Source of the DNA: Hydrolagus colliei
Lineage: Eukaryota
Assembly (NCBI GenBank): GCA_035084275.1
Contig: CM068755.1
Span: 8,246,001-8,310,000 of the forward strand
Direction: 5' to 3'
DNA length: 64,000 bases
Below the pieces are notes generated by a model. That model was not told the DNA's origin. It did no database searches and saw only the letters and a program-made list of their open reading frames with translations. The position numbers and the translations under genes are program-made. Positions 1-12,988 of this stretch are shown here, in pieces. The stretch's first letter is position 1; every line of letters starts with the position of its first letter.

Positions 1-898
1 AATAAAATTTAAGAACATTATTGTATTACTTGCATGTGAATTTTGCTATGAACCTCAGTCAGCATATAATATTAATTATACAAATTGGTAGTCTGGAATG
101 CCAACGAGGGCCAGTTCAACAAAGAAAATCAATTATTATACAAGCTCCCACAATTTATATTCTGCAAATGTTTTACGGTTGAATAGCCAAAGATCTGCAA
201 ATAAACAGTCAATGAACCATGAACTAATCTTGTACAATACAATTTTTTAAAATGTAAACGTGTGAGATTCTGGGCTACAGATGTGCACTACTTCCAAGAT
301 AAACTTGAAAGTGGGAAAAGAAGGTTCAAAGGAAAGATTTTGATATGAGTGATTAGTGCCGCATTCGGTGGTAAAGATGCTTACATTGAACTATGTAGAG
401 AAAAACAAGAAAAAGCCATAAATATTTTATTCTATCTAAATAGGAGAAACTTAACAGGCATGAGCCATTGTTTCAAAGACATCAAACAATATTGATACAA
501 GACTTTAACTTTAAGGGTGACTCATTGACAGTTAGTGCTGACTGTACCAGTGTTAAAACTCCAGCAGTAGTCATCTACAAGTGCTTGTCCCGCTTTTGTG
601 TGGAGGATGCCAAACAGTTCTAATCAATGCCAAACGGAGGTGCCAAAGCTATTTGTTAAACAAGCTACCAAGCAACATGACAACATAGTCCAGGCTTGCT
701 ATTATTGAATTGGTACCGTCTATCCCAATTACTGTACTACTGAATGATATCCACTTGACATTTTGTTAACAATTACTTTTCTTCATCTTTACCAGAAGAA
801 ATTCCTCCCAAACTTGGAGGTAGCCTTGGCCCAGTATCCCTGGTGTTGTCCAAGCATTACTGGTAGATCCAATAAATTGCCATATCACAGGTGCCTGT

Positions 899-1194
899 GG
901 AATCCTGTAGCTCAGTGGTCAGAGCAATCGCCTTACAAGGAAGATACCGAAATTCAATTCCAGGCAGGGTGAAACCTTGGCCAAGTTTCCTTACTCCACA
1001 AAAAATAATCCCTCCAAAAAAATAATTAATTGGTCATTTCAATCCAAAACTAGTTGTGGGATACTGCTGTGTGCAATTGGCTGCTGCATTTTGCCCACAT
1101 ATATACAATCAATTCACTTTACTGTATCTTCTATGAAGAGCTTTAAGACATCCAGAAGATGTGCTATATCAAAATGCTAGGATTATTATTATTA
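899..1194 (+). mobile_element. tRNA-derived SINE, young family, near full length
   Basis: A box TAGCTCAGTGG, degenerate B box, body TGCTGTGTGCAATTGGCTGC, L2-like tail ending in (ATT)n. Confidence 0.9.
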
Positions 1195-2236
1195 CTACCG
1201 GAGGAACGAGCGATGCTCATCAGCTGGCATTAACATTTGTTACATCCTTCATGAACGGCAATTTATTTGGCATTTTTGCAAAACATATTCCCCCCCCTAC
1301 CCCCCCGCCCAAAGAAAACCTTGCCCTACATAGTGCCTTTCACAAATGATGAATAGGTCAAAGGACTTGCATAGAAAATGAAGAAGTTTGGGCTGGTAAC
1401 TAAAATAAATATGGTAAAATAAATAAGTTTATCAGGAGTGTCTTGAGGGCAGGAAGAGAAGGATTAAGGCAAAAATTTTGATATGAGGGCATAGTGACTG
1501 AAGATTCACTGGTAAATAAAAAGGCTTATGTTGAACTAAGTAGGGTATATCAGAAAAACCTACAAAAGATGCATTGCAATAAAACAACAGAAGACTTGAG
1601 CAATTCCGTGGGAAAAGTGGTAACCAGAACTATTCAAACGATAAAACTCTGGGGATGAATAAATGATCCAAAACAAACCAAAGCTTTCATTCAAAACAAT
1701 AGATTTTTTTGTAGAAAGCAAACACAAGTACAAGTCAGCAGAAAATTGCCTTTTCCTGTTGACATCGGCTGTTTTATTCTGTCACATCTGAAATTGATAA
1801 ATAAGTAAATAATGACACAGATCACATGTTTTATAAACAAAAAAATACTTTGCATTTGATAAAGGGCTTTCCACGTATTCTAGACATCTCAAGATGCTCT
1901 TTGAAAGAAAAATCAATTTACGTACTTGCCTTCTCCCCAAACCTCTGAATATTGTTGTTGTTCTTTAGATATACATCCAGGTATTTTTTGAAAGCATATA
2001 TGCCTTGGCAGTTAAAGAACAGAGATGGGTCAAGGAAAGTCTTTTTGAGATTTTTGCAATCTGGAAAGGAGAATGCAGAATGAGAGAAGGCCATTTCTTA
2101 CTGTGTGGTCAAATGTGTTTGTTGCCAGAACTGACCTCCCAGGGGACTTCCTTCTCTTAATAGCATATTTGGAGTGAAAAGTAAATATATTTCACAGATT
2201 AAATGGGAATTTTGCTGAACCAAAATTGAGCCACAC

Positions 2237-2302
2237 TGAGCACAAAATTTTCAAAGCAGCACTAATCGTAATGAGCACAAAATTTTCAAAGCAGAACTAA
2301 TC
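2237..2302. repeat. 31-bp direct duplication
   Basis: TGAGCACAAAATTTTCAAAGCAG(C/A)ACTAATC twice with a 4-nt spacer. Confidence 0.85.
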
Positions 2303-2817
2303 AGATTTATACTGATAGTACTTTGTCTCTACCATATTAAAATAATAACTGATAAAAGAATCCCATCATGGACATCGGGGAATAAAATTCTACAGCTGTT
2401 CTATTAAAAATCACAGACAATGTCATTATTCATGTGTCATTTATTTTCTGAATTTAGCAGATGCATGAACACCTGGATAATGTGCTGAGATGTGGACTTT
2501 TGCCAACAAGGTATCATTGTTGGCAACAAGGTATCAATTTTGTTAGTTCTTTAAACTCAAGAGTTTTGCTTCCCTCCGCAACTCAGAAACCCCATGCCAA
2601 ACAAGTAAGCTCAGCAATGGAGGAAAAGTAGCCAAATCAGAGGTATGCAGGAAGCTGGTAGGGGAATTTCTTACTCATGTTTTTCATATAGTGGAGTGGA
2701 AGTCTCAGGCTTCAACCCGAGAAGTCACCACACTTTTGTAAACTTCTTCACTACAAAGCCACACTGCATACTTGACAATAATTATTGTAAAACAAATATT
2801 TGGATTAAGTAAAATGT

Positions 2818-2975
2818 AATAATAATACTCCTTGCATTTGATATAGCGCTTTTCATGTCTTCTAGACATCTCAAAGTGCTTCACAGTATACTGTAAAGTG
2901 AATCAACTGTATATTTCTGGGTGAAACGCGGCAGCCAATTGCACACAGTCGGGGATTTAAATGACCATTTTTTTT
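2818..2975 (-). mobile_element. Young SINE, 3' half
   Basis: Reverse complement of the family tail and body. Confidence 0.85.
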
Positions 2976-4561
2976 TAGAGAAATGTAAGCAATTTCTTGC
3001 AACTCAGCTGAGTTTCAAAAACATTTTTCTTCAGAAAAACATAGCAGCTTCACTTGACAATTTGTTGGAAACAACATACATAAAATGAAATAAGCATTAA
3101 ATTGAATTCATTGTTTAAAATAGCTTGATGTAATGATCTTTTGCTGAGCGCCTATGGGAATTACTTATAAGGTTGATCTTGTTCCATATTGATGGTAACA
3201 TGAATTAATATTCTCATTAAGATGACAATTTATTACATTAGCATAAAGCTTTTATTCTTTTTCAACAATATCCTGGTGATGACTCTTCTTAAGAAAATGT
3301 GATGAGGACGAGCTCAATCCCATAATACAACAACAAAATTATACTTGTATGGCACCTTTCACGTCAGGGATGAAAGCCAGCACATGGGCCACATGTTTCT
3401 GTGTTGTACATTTTTATAGTTCCATATCAATGTGTGGGGGTTAAGATGCAAAGTTTTGTTTGGTCACTGCCCTTCAGAATCACTCTAAGTAAGAACAAAG
3501 AGGACTCTGTTGGTACAGCAGTGTTCTTGGAGTCTAGAATGGAGAGAGAAAGGTAAGGGTTTACATATAAATGTAAATTTGTATAGTAGAGTTGGGCATT
3601 ATCTGCATATATGATTCAGTAAGCCCAAAAAGCTAAGACAGATGAAAATGTTAAGTACTTCAAGTTAACACTACCAAAGGTAATTTTGCCTCAGTTTGAA
3701 ATAGCTTTTGCCAACCATTGTTACAGAATAAAATGAATGTGTGTTTGGAGAAGTGGGCTTTCTGAGCCAGGAAGGAAATCAAGCCCTGAAGAATAAAATA
3801 CAAGTTTTAAATTCTAGGATATACAAGCTGGCTTCATGCCTTAGAACAGCTGACGTTTATGTATCACATCTTGCATCTTAACAAGAAGTTCTAAAACAGG
3901 AAGTCAAAATAACTGTAGTTCATCCTGATAGGACTGTACAGCAGTATTCCAAGAGTTTTGCTATACTGTACATCAAACTTTACTTTAAGGCAGCTCATAT
4001 TACTAGACCAACCAGTCAGAAACGTGCAAGTTTAAATTCCATTCCGAGTGAATGAGTAAATCTCTATCAGGGCAACATTTGGGGCACTATAGTTGACCTC
4101 AGGGTTCTTGGGTAATGGAAAAATGAAGACATTTTCTTATCTTCTTGCAGAGACCTTTCTTGAAAATGCATTTGAACTGTGATATCCCATCATGATCAAA
4201 TAGTCTGAATTATCTATTGTCAAGACTTAGACAATTAACACCCACTCAATACTACAACAGTGAAAAAGATTCAAGTCCAAGATGTCCATGGAGTACTCTC
4301 AGCAAATACTATGAAAATAAACTGAAAACAACATGCCTGAATAATGCCCATTTATACTAAAGAACTGCTTCCATTACAATGAGACAATCATCCCACTTTT
4401 CTAGTCCCATACCTATAATGTTCAAAATATGAATGCAGCGATAGTGCTGCCTCAAGAGCTACAGCCTTTCCTCCAATGATTAAGAGTAATATCAGAATGA
4501 GGGAGTTTTTATGATGGTTCAGCAAATTGATCCCAGGTTGCTAATTTCTGGCAGTATAAAT

Positions 4562-4976
4562 TAGGGTCCGGCGATATATCGGTTATATCGATATAATTTT
4601 CATATCGATATGCCGATATAGGAATTTAAAATATATCGAAAAATTGAATATGAAAAAAAATCAATATATCGCAAATATCAGTATATCGTGTCTGCCGATA
4701 TATCAATATATCGGTATATATCGGTATGATGCGGACTTTTTCAACTTACCTTGTCGATATCCGAATGCGTGCGCACACCAGAATGCACACGCACCCCTGA
4801 ATACACGCGCACCTCCGAATGCATGCGCAGGACAAAAAAAAACACAAACCGATATATCGATATATATATATATTATATATATCGATATATCGGTTTGCCC
4901 ATATCGATATTGCGTTTTTTTTATATATATATTTTATATATATATTATATATATCGGAAAATTTCGACAGATCCTA
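4562..4976 (+). mobile_element. hAT-type MITE, copy 1
   Basis: Ends TAGGGTCC...GATCCTA, 8-bp TSD GTATAAAT/ATATAAAT, subterminal ATATCG/CGATAT arrays, homologous to 43037-43815. Confidence 0.85.
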
Positions 4977-7019
4977 ATATAAATGTATAAATGTATAAAT
5001 ATATATAATTTATACCCTAGTATAAATGGTCTCAACACCCATTGAAGAGGGGGAACAACCACCAGGGTTTCCATTCTTCATTACTTTTAGTAACTTCTCC
5101 TGGAGCTTTCATGCATAAGGACTGAATGAGCTTGATCAGTCTTGATTGAAATGGCAACTGTGCCAACCCGCTTGCCAACATTCACTGCCAAGGTTCATAT
5201 TTCAATAACGGCCATTTGGGTGATGTAGTAGATTGTACATGATACCCATTGAATTATATAGTTAATGGAAAAAAGGAATCCAAAAGTTAACCTAGGAGGG
5301 TAGAATGTTGACTATTTTATTCCATTCTTAGGGATAGGGATCCTATAGGGATAAAGCAGGGAAAGAAGTCAGAAAGATGTGTATTTCCCCACTTAGATTG
5401 ATACTTAGATACCTTTTGTGACAATACTGATAAACTATGTCAAGCCTTCATGACTACCTCTGGGACATCAGTTGCATCATTACCTAACACCAAGAAAAAT
5501 ATGGAAAAATGGACAGTTCAATTTTTCTTATTTCACAATATCACAACAGAGGTTCAGATGAAGATGGTCCTTTGTTCCATTTGATCTCACCCTTCCAGTT
5601 TATGCACCCTCCCATCCTTCTCGGAAAGTCATAAAATATTCTTTTATGGCCATCTTAGTTTTAGTTTAACCTTGGAAAAACCCTCATATGCTTTTTTAGA
5701 ATTTCAAATTCAATAACTATATTATGCCAGTAATAATTTTTAAACCAAACTTAATATTAACAGACAAAAACATGTTCATAGCCACAGTTGTATTAACCCC
5801 TTTTAAGATAAAATATTCTTAAATGTTTCAACTCTTCCTTCATTTTAAAGATATCAGTGCAACATCAATTCTAATGAAGTGATTTATATACCAGCAAATT
5901 GAGCAACTTTCCAATTTTCACTCTACTACTTGAAACTTGAATATAAAGCAGGATGGCATTGGGTTAGTGCAAAAACAACTTGCACTTCCATTGAAATCCA
6001 TCCCCAAACAATAAGTGTCCTTTCCATAATCCAAAAGGATCCAACCTTTAAGGTTCAGGTAGCATCAACCTAGTAGCTTCTGGCTATAATACCATAGCAA
6101 AAAAAATCCAAAACAAACAACTTGTTAGTCACTACTCACAAAAGCCATAGGGACAGCTGGATCTGGAAGTGAAAAAATTCAAACCAGTTCAGAAAGGAGA
6201 TAAATGAGATAAAGGGCTGTGAGGTGGGGGACGGGAGGGGGATGAAGAGATTACATTCACTACAAGAGTGCTCAGCTAGTACGAACACTTTAATGTATCA
6301 GATATTTCTTATGCATTCAGACCAGTCTGATACATTGACTAGTTTGTAAATGGGACTTGCTTTTTTTAAAATTAAAAATGTATCTATCTGTAATACATCT
6401 GAAATGCAAAAATATTTGATTCCTCCAGTGGTGACATTCCGCACCTATGTGAGTGAAAAATTCACAACAAAAAATCTTGGGAAGAAAGTCAATTGATGCA
6501 CTGAAATTCAGTGGGTGTACAGATTTTTCAAGTTTAATACCTGTGCAGAATAACAATCAAGCAAGTCTTGCCCTATGCTGAAGATCAGATGACGACTGCA
6601 CAGGTGAATGTTTGTACTTCACAGACGTAGATAGAATACATAGATCAATAGTGTTTGATCACTTGCTATCAACTTAATACACTGACCTATAATGGCACAA
6701 TCTGAAACAACCTAGTCCTGAATTGTTGTTCAAGTTAGGAAGACATCAAATGTTCATTGCAGGCAATCCTTTCAGTAGAGTTGAGCAAATAATCTGTGCA
6801 TAATACTGAGGCTTATATACTAACTAATTAGTTATTATATACTATTAGTATTCTATACTAATACTAACTAAATTATATTTGTATAGCCCCTTTCACGTTG
6901 GAAGGATGTCCCAAATGTACCATATGCCAAACAACCCAGGAAATTTCAATCCTCGATCTATCATCAGCCAGTGCACTACGACAACCTCCGAATTGAGCCC
7001 ATCATCCCTAGGTTAGCAA

Positions 7020-7397
7020 CAACACAATAACTTTCATTTATGTAGTGCACTTTAAGCAAGGTAGTGTCCTGGAGCGCTTAACAGTGGCAGAGTCTGACCG
7101 TGAGCCAGGAGGAGTTGACCGTAAGCACGATCAAAAAGGTCTTTAGGTGGGATTTGAAAGTGGGGAGGAAGAGGGCTAGGTGGAGGGATTGAGGGAGAGA
7201 ATTCCAGAGCTTTGGAGCAAAGTGACTAAAAGCACAGCTACTGATTGTGGAGCGGAGGGGGAAAAGGACGAACAGGAGGTTGGAGCCAGCCGAGTGGAGG
7301 TAGCAGGTGGTGGAATGGGGGAAGAGCAAGTCAGAAAGGTAGGGAAGTGCGAGGGCATGAAAGGATTTGAAAACAAGCTGATATGATCTAGCTTCCA
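7020..7397 (-). mobile_element. L2-clade LINE 3' fragment
   Basis: ORF2 C-terminal motifs AFSHFAPKLWNSLP and FKSHLKT, plus a short-repeat tail. Confidence 0.9.
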
Positions 7398-7437
7398 TGC
7401 CAAAAACGAATGCTTAGATGAGGAAGCAAAGACTTAC

Positions 7438-7609
7438 TGGCTTCAATAAAGAATTAGAATTTGTGTTAAATTGTAGGTTGTTTTGTGATGTCGGTCATAT
7501 GGAGACATACCACAACATTTCATCAAATTCAAGAGAGGAAGTATTTCTCCTAACCTAATACCAAGACTCAACTTGTAGTCTGATAAACTGTTCCCATCTG
7601 TAGCACAAT
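7438..7609 (-). other. Possible internal 5' UTR exon of the minus-strand gene
   Basis: Minus-strand acceptor tgctgctttttcttccag and donor CCA|GTAAGT in unique sequence. Splice signals only. Confidence 0.25.
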
Positions 7610-8954
7610 CTGGAAGAAAAAGCAGCACTCTGGAGGGAAAAGCCCGATTGTTTGTATCCTTTCAGAATGAGGCCTTGAAGAAACAACTTTAGACCATAAT
7701 AAAAGTCAAGCATCCTCAAAATGTTGAGGCAGTGCGTTCTGGATATCTGCATCATTAAATATGAAAAATGTGTTTTAACTTAGCACAGACCAGGTATTGA
7801 ACTTTGGACCTTGCTCATCCCTATATAATTCAGCAACACATCACATTGTGAATTTATTCAAAGAATTAGACCTCAATATTTGTTCAACTGGTTATCTGAT
7901 CAAACTAATGCAATTCATATCCACAGCATGGGGTCTTGGTGTTGCATACTTCTTGGTTTGCATTATCCAAATACTGGTCATTTGATGCAAGCAATAACAC
8001 AATTCCGGCCATTTTTAACATAAAGCAAGATTTTTAATCTCTTTAACTACAAATATGACTACAAATCCTCAAACCATTTTACCTTAGGAAAGAATGGGGG
8101 AGGGGGGGGGGGCTCAACTTTACAAAATTACAGCTCATTGTAACTACATAGACTACAAAGTCTGCCAAATCCAATTAATTATTGTTTAGAATACAAATAT
8201 AAAGATATCTTGCCATTGTGAATCCAGCATTATAACCTTTATTGTCAGTTTGGGTTACATTTCAGCAACTATAAGCACATGACTAAGATCAAACAATTGA
8301 CAAGGTTGTTGTACTGATACATTGTAATGACAAGATTTTACAAACAATAGGGAAATAGCACCATTTGTATAATACACATAAGCTACCAATGGAACAGCAT
8401 CTAGCCTGCAATCAAGAAAATAAACCATCAGCAGTTTGTATCAACATAATAAAGGCAGTTCAAAGCAGCAACATACCTTCAACAATCAAGATGGGTTGGA
8501 TAACTGGGAAAGAAATGTATTGCCATGGTTGGGGGGTGGGGGGGTGGAGGGCAAAGTTCTCATTGGGGATACTATATTAACACATTTTTCAAAAATATGA
8601 TTACATATTTGACTTTATACTAAAGAGTCTGAAAATCAACAATAATCTTAAATGTGCACAATTAATTATCATCACTCATGTCATTCAACAGATAATTGAT
8701 TTTATATCTCAACCAGTTCCACGGCACTGTTCAAAAAATCTTCAATAGATTAGTATGCTATATTTAGTACAATACTTGAAAACCATGTGTAGCTGGCACA
8801 CCTCTGTATATACTTATAGATCAAAAGACCACTGTAATTCTCAATAAAAAAATTAAAATTGAAACCATCCAAGAGTCAATTCAAGAAAGTTTCACATAAT
8901 TTAATTCACATAAATATTTCACATATAATATTAGCCAATTAGATTTTTACAAGC

Positions 8955-9125
8955 CATAGAATCATAGAATCTTATGGCACAAAAGGAGGCTATTTGGCCC
9001 ATAAGTCTGTACTGGCTCTTTAAAAAGAGCCAATTTAATCCCACTCCCCAGTTCTCTCCCCATAACCATACAAACCCATAATCACCAAATAAATGTCTAC
9101 CTCTCTTTTAAAAGTTGTTATCAAT
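8955..9125 (-). mobile_element. CR1 LINE 3' tail
   Basis: catagaatcatagaatc terminus; reverse-complement similarity to 24990-25117. Confidence 0.8.
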
Positions 9126-9456
9126 GGGTAGCAATGTGTTATTGTGTTAGAGCACTGATGGAATATAAAATATCCCACAGCTCTTCATTCTCCATGGACT
9201 CCTATTTATGCTTATTGTTAGCAGCTTGCTATTCTCTGTTTTCACAACTAATGATCACAGCATGATAAACCCATCAACCAAAATCTCTGGAGACTTCCAT
9301 GATTAGACTGGGATTATTGGAATTGATACTGTAAAAGCATAAACTGTAACATTTCTGCAGTACAACCAGTTTTAGTTATCAGGTCGGAAACTTGCATTTT
9401 ATCAAATCAAAATATTTTCAAGCTGCAGCAAGTGCCAAACGTGGACCACGCAACAG

Positions 9457-9745
9457 AATAATAATCCTTGCAATTGATATAGCACTTTTCATGTCTTCTA
9501 GTTGTCTCAAAGCGCTTCACAGAATATACTGTAAAGTGAATTGAACGTATATTTTGGGGCGAAATGTGGCAGCCAATTACACACAGCAGCGTCCTACAAA
9601 CAATCATGGATTGAAATGATCAATTTTTTTTCAAGGGATTATTATCAGGCGTGTGGAGTAAGTAAACTTGGCTAAGGTTTCACCCAGCCAGGAATCTAAC
9701 TCAGGTCTCTTGCTGAACTGCCAAACTGCCGAGCCTCAGGATTCC
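9457..9745 (-). mobile_element. Young SINE, near full length
   Basis: Reverse-complement match to the 899-1194 family. Confidence 0.9.
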
Positions 9746-10769
9746 ACAAGAATTCTCCGAGTGCGATAGTTTCTACAAACACAGTCATTCCACTTTATAG
9801 TACATTATGTGAAGCACTTTGAGATGTTCTTCCAACGTAATGAGGTGATAAACCAAATACAATGACTATTATTATTTAGTAATATAATACTGTTAAATAC
9901 TCACTTTTAAAGGGATGACGCATTATCCTGAGAGGTACGTCACATGTATACCATAAGAACAAAATACCATATTCTAGTATTATTTAGTTAGGTAATCCTA
10001 GAAATCTTCACATTTTTTATGTAAAAGTTTTTATTTAAGGAAAAAAAGGAATATATTAAATTTCTAACAATACATCCCAATTAATTTTTTATAAAGAAAT
10101 TCAATTAGCCACGAAGGTACTTTGGTACTCTAAGTCTGTAATCTTTGGGGGCAATAAAGTCAAATGTTAATTTAAAATGTTTGAATCTTGCCAGACAGAG
10201 CGGAGGAACCTGGCCAGGAAGCCAGAGGAACTTCACTCTGTCTCGGGAGTCATTCTTCATAGTTCGTCGCTTTGGGGACCCACGTATTGATTTATTCCTA
10301 GCAACCGACTTTTACTTATCTTCAAAATGTGCAATTCACAACACGTTTTATCTTTTAAACATACTTTTAAGAATTCGATTTTGCTAATCCGGCTAGAATA
10401 TTTAATCCAATGAATCGTATACAAATACATTTATTTATTGTGCCAACGTAATCCTAGAGTCTCCCTTGATACTGATTTTTTTCCAGTGAATGGATGGTTT
10501 AAGTGTTCTTACCTGAAATTATGGTAATGAAAAACACACAGCATCAGAATTAAAGACCGTCTCCTAGTACACTACTGTGAAAAGTTTGTCAGGAATCAAA
10601 CTTTGTGGTGGTCCTGGGGGGTTGGGGGGGAAACTCCACTAAATCTACCCGGAGATGCTGGTTTTTGACAATCGTAAAAGCTCGTTGCAAAGCAGCTATG
10701 GGAACATTTTAATGAGAGAATTCAAGTCTGCAATTTCCACGAATTTATGCACATTCCCAGGGTCTTAGA

Positions 10770-11300
10770 CAAGCTCCGCCAGACAGACGATATAGGATCT
10801 CTCTGCTCGCCCGCTTACTGTTATCAAAGCTGGTTCAAAACTTTAAAACGAATGCGTCGTTTTCTCAAGACGGTTTACGGAGAGGATCGAACGGTCTTAC
10901 CTGATAAAAACAAAGTAAATATCCTCTCCTGTAACCGTTAGGCTGTACTTTTCCTCTCTTTTTTTGTTTCCTCTGTCTGTCACTGATACGCTCGAGCCGC
11001 CACCGCCGCTGCTGCTACTTCAACTGACAACATCCAGACGAGCGCTCACTCTGCGATCCTCCAGCTCAGCTCGATCCCGTCAGCCCGCAATGCGCCTGCG
11101 CCCCGCCTCCTCAAAGCGCTCGCGCACCGCTCACAGGTCCTTTCAAAAAAAATGAAGAGTTCGAGCTTCTGACCCAAGACCAACCGTCGTCAGCGAGAAC
11201 TACATATCCCGGCATTCAGCGCTCGTGCTTCTCAGCGGCTCCGACTGTCAATGGGACGCTGGGTAGTGTAGTTTTGAATCGACCGAACTCGAATACGCCT
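10770..11300 (-). promoter_or_regulatory. CpG-island promoter of a divergent minus-strand gene
   Basis: Densest CpG stretch outside the MITEs. NRF1-like TGCGCCTGCGC plus GC box at 11091-11108. ZNF143/THAP11-type motifs at 11199-11222 (+, ACTACATATCCCGGCATTC) and 11249-11272 (-, ACTACACTACCCAGCGTCC). Confidence 0.75.
10901..11080 (-). other. Candidate non-coding first exon of the minus-strand gene, probably PEAK1 by synteny
   Basis: Minus-strand donor CAG|GTAAGA (plus strand tcttacctg, 10895-10903) just downstream of the promoter motifs. Identity is inferred only from the known head-to-head PEAK1/HMG20A arrangement; no PEAK1 coding sequence is seen. Confidence 0.45.
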
Positions 11301-11774
11301 CTTTAGTGTACGTTCACTTCACCCAATACTGTATTCATCTTTCCCAACTCTTAATGAAGAAAAATAAGTTAAATTGCTGTGCCGTTAAGTGGATGTGCTT
11401 TGCGAGGGAGACATTTTACCCAGGTCAGACCATTAGATTACTAATGAGATTTATGTGGAAAGGTAATAGTTAATGGATTTATTTGTAAAAGGATCAGTCA
11501 TATTGAAGCGAATTTACTTAAAATACAGAATACAGAACAAAGCGCTCAGACTTTTACTGAACATAAGTAAGTCTTAGCCTGGACTTCATTTTTCCTCCCC
11601 CTTAAACAAATCTTTTCAAGGGAGCTAAACAAATCGGTGGGGAAATGAGAGATATGCATCTTTGAAACAAAATTCAGATAATTTGATGTATCATAGAATA
11701 ATATACATGTTCTGATTAAATGTATTTAACAAAGATCATGTATGGGGTGAAAGTAAAGAGCAAAAAATTGTTTA

Positions 11775-11895
11775 CAATAATCCTTGCATTTGATATTTCA
11801 CATCTTCGAGAGCATCACGTCTTCAAAGCGCTTTACAGAATACAGTATACAGAACTGTAAAGTGAAGTGATTATATATTTGTGGGCAAAACGCGT
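11775..11895 (-). mobile_element. Young SINE, 3' fragment
   Basis: aataatccttgcatttgatat...aagcgctttacagaat tail. Confidence 0.75.
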
Positions 11896-12364
11896 TTCCT
11901 TCATTCCAAAAATCTTTCGTTAAGCACTGGTCGCGCCAACTGCATTTCAGATGTAAATTAATTACAGGGGCTTATGTAATTTATTTCCCTTTAAGATGTT
12001 TCAACTTCATGACATTGGAGATGTTGCACACACAACGTCCTTTCTCTACGAGCGGTGCATTATTCATCCTGCAGAACTATAATTTGTAGTCCTATCATCC
12101 ACTGCACTGTTACCTGTATGATTTTAGAAATCATCATATCTTTTCAATTGGTTAACATTCTCCACCCCCAATTGTCTCTGTAAATGCTGAATTCCCATCC
12201 ACCTAGTGACGACTTAAACCTGCACTTGTCAGAGTGAAGGGGCACACTGGGGGTAAGGATTCTTTCCACACAGCTCCAGTTAACCCTGCAAGTGAAGCAC
12301 TGACAGGAAGGGTGGTCCAAGCTAGACAAACAGTGGGAAGCTTGCTAGACGGTGATTTAAATAG

Positions 12365-12500
12365 TGTTTGAATAGCTTCCTTTGGATGAGACATTATACT
12401 GAGGTCCAGCCTGTCTATTCAGGTGGATGTTAAAGATCTGATGGCGTGTTTCAAAAAGAGAAGGGAGTTTTTCCCAATGCCCTGGCCAACAACCCCCAAT
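12365..12500 (+). mobile_element. Old Deu-domain SINE remnant (SacSINE1/AmnSINE1-like)
   Basis: ggatgagacattatactgaggtcc...caggtggatgttaaagatc...cctggccaac resembles the Deu core as I recall it. Related remnants near 14130-14310 and 19130-19340. Confidence 0.6.
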
Positions 12501-12662
12501 AAAATTGATTTGAATTCAGTTGCTGAAATGCAGCCTGTTTACAAGTGCATCTAGAATAACCAAATCTACTTTCTATAATTTTCTGTTTTCCCCAACATTC
12601 CTGAAGGGAAGTGACTCATGCACATATACATATGTGACTCATGCACATGCTCCACATATAGT

Positions 12663-12988
12663 GGAGCTCCTGTGGCTTAGTAGTTAGAGCACTTGTCTTG
12701 CAACCTGGGGAGACCAAGCTGGGGAGACCTGTGCTCGAATTCAGGCAGGTTAGGACGAAACCTTGGGCAAGTTTCCTTACTCCACACGCCTAATAATAAT
12801 CCGTCAAAAAAACACAATATTAAAATTGGTCATTTCAATACACAACAGTTTGTGGGACACAGCTGTGCGCAATTGGCTGCCGCGATTTGCCCACAAATAT
12901 ACAGTCAATTCACTTTACAGTATATTCTGTGAAGCACTTTGGGACATCGATAAGATGTGAAAGCACTATATCAAATGCAAGGATTATA
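12663..12988 (+). mobile_element. Young SINE, full length, small duplication in the head
   Basis: Family match; CTGGGGAGACC is duplicated in the tRNA-like head. Confidence 0.9.

Noticed and set aside
4644-4990. Ile/Tyr-rich ORFs
   Set aside because: Translation of the ATATCG repeats of the MITE.
7555-7755. 66-aa minus-strand ORF near candidate splice sites
   Set aside because: No similarity to any protein I recognise; at most UTR sequence.
10964-11155. 63-aa plus-strand ORF in the CpG island
   Set aside because: Low-complexity product of GC-rich promoter sequence with a non-ATG start and no recognisable homology.
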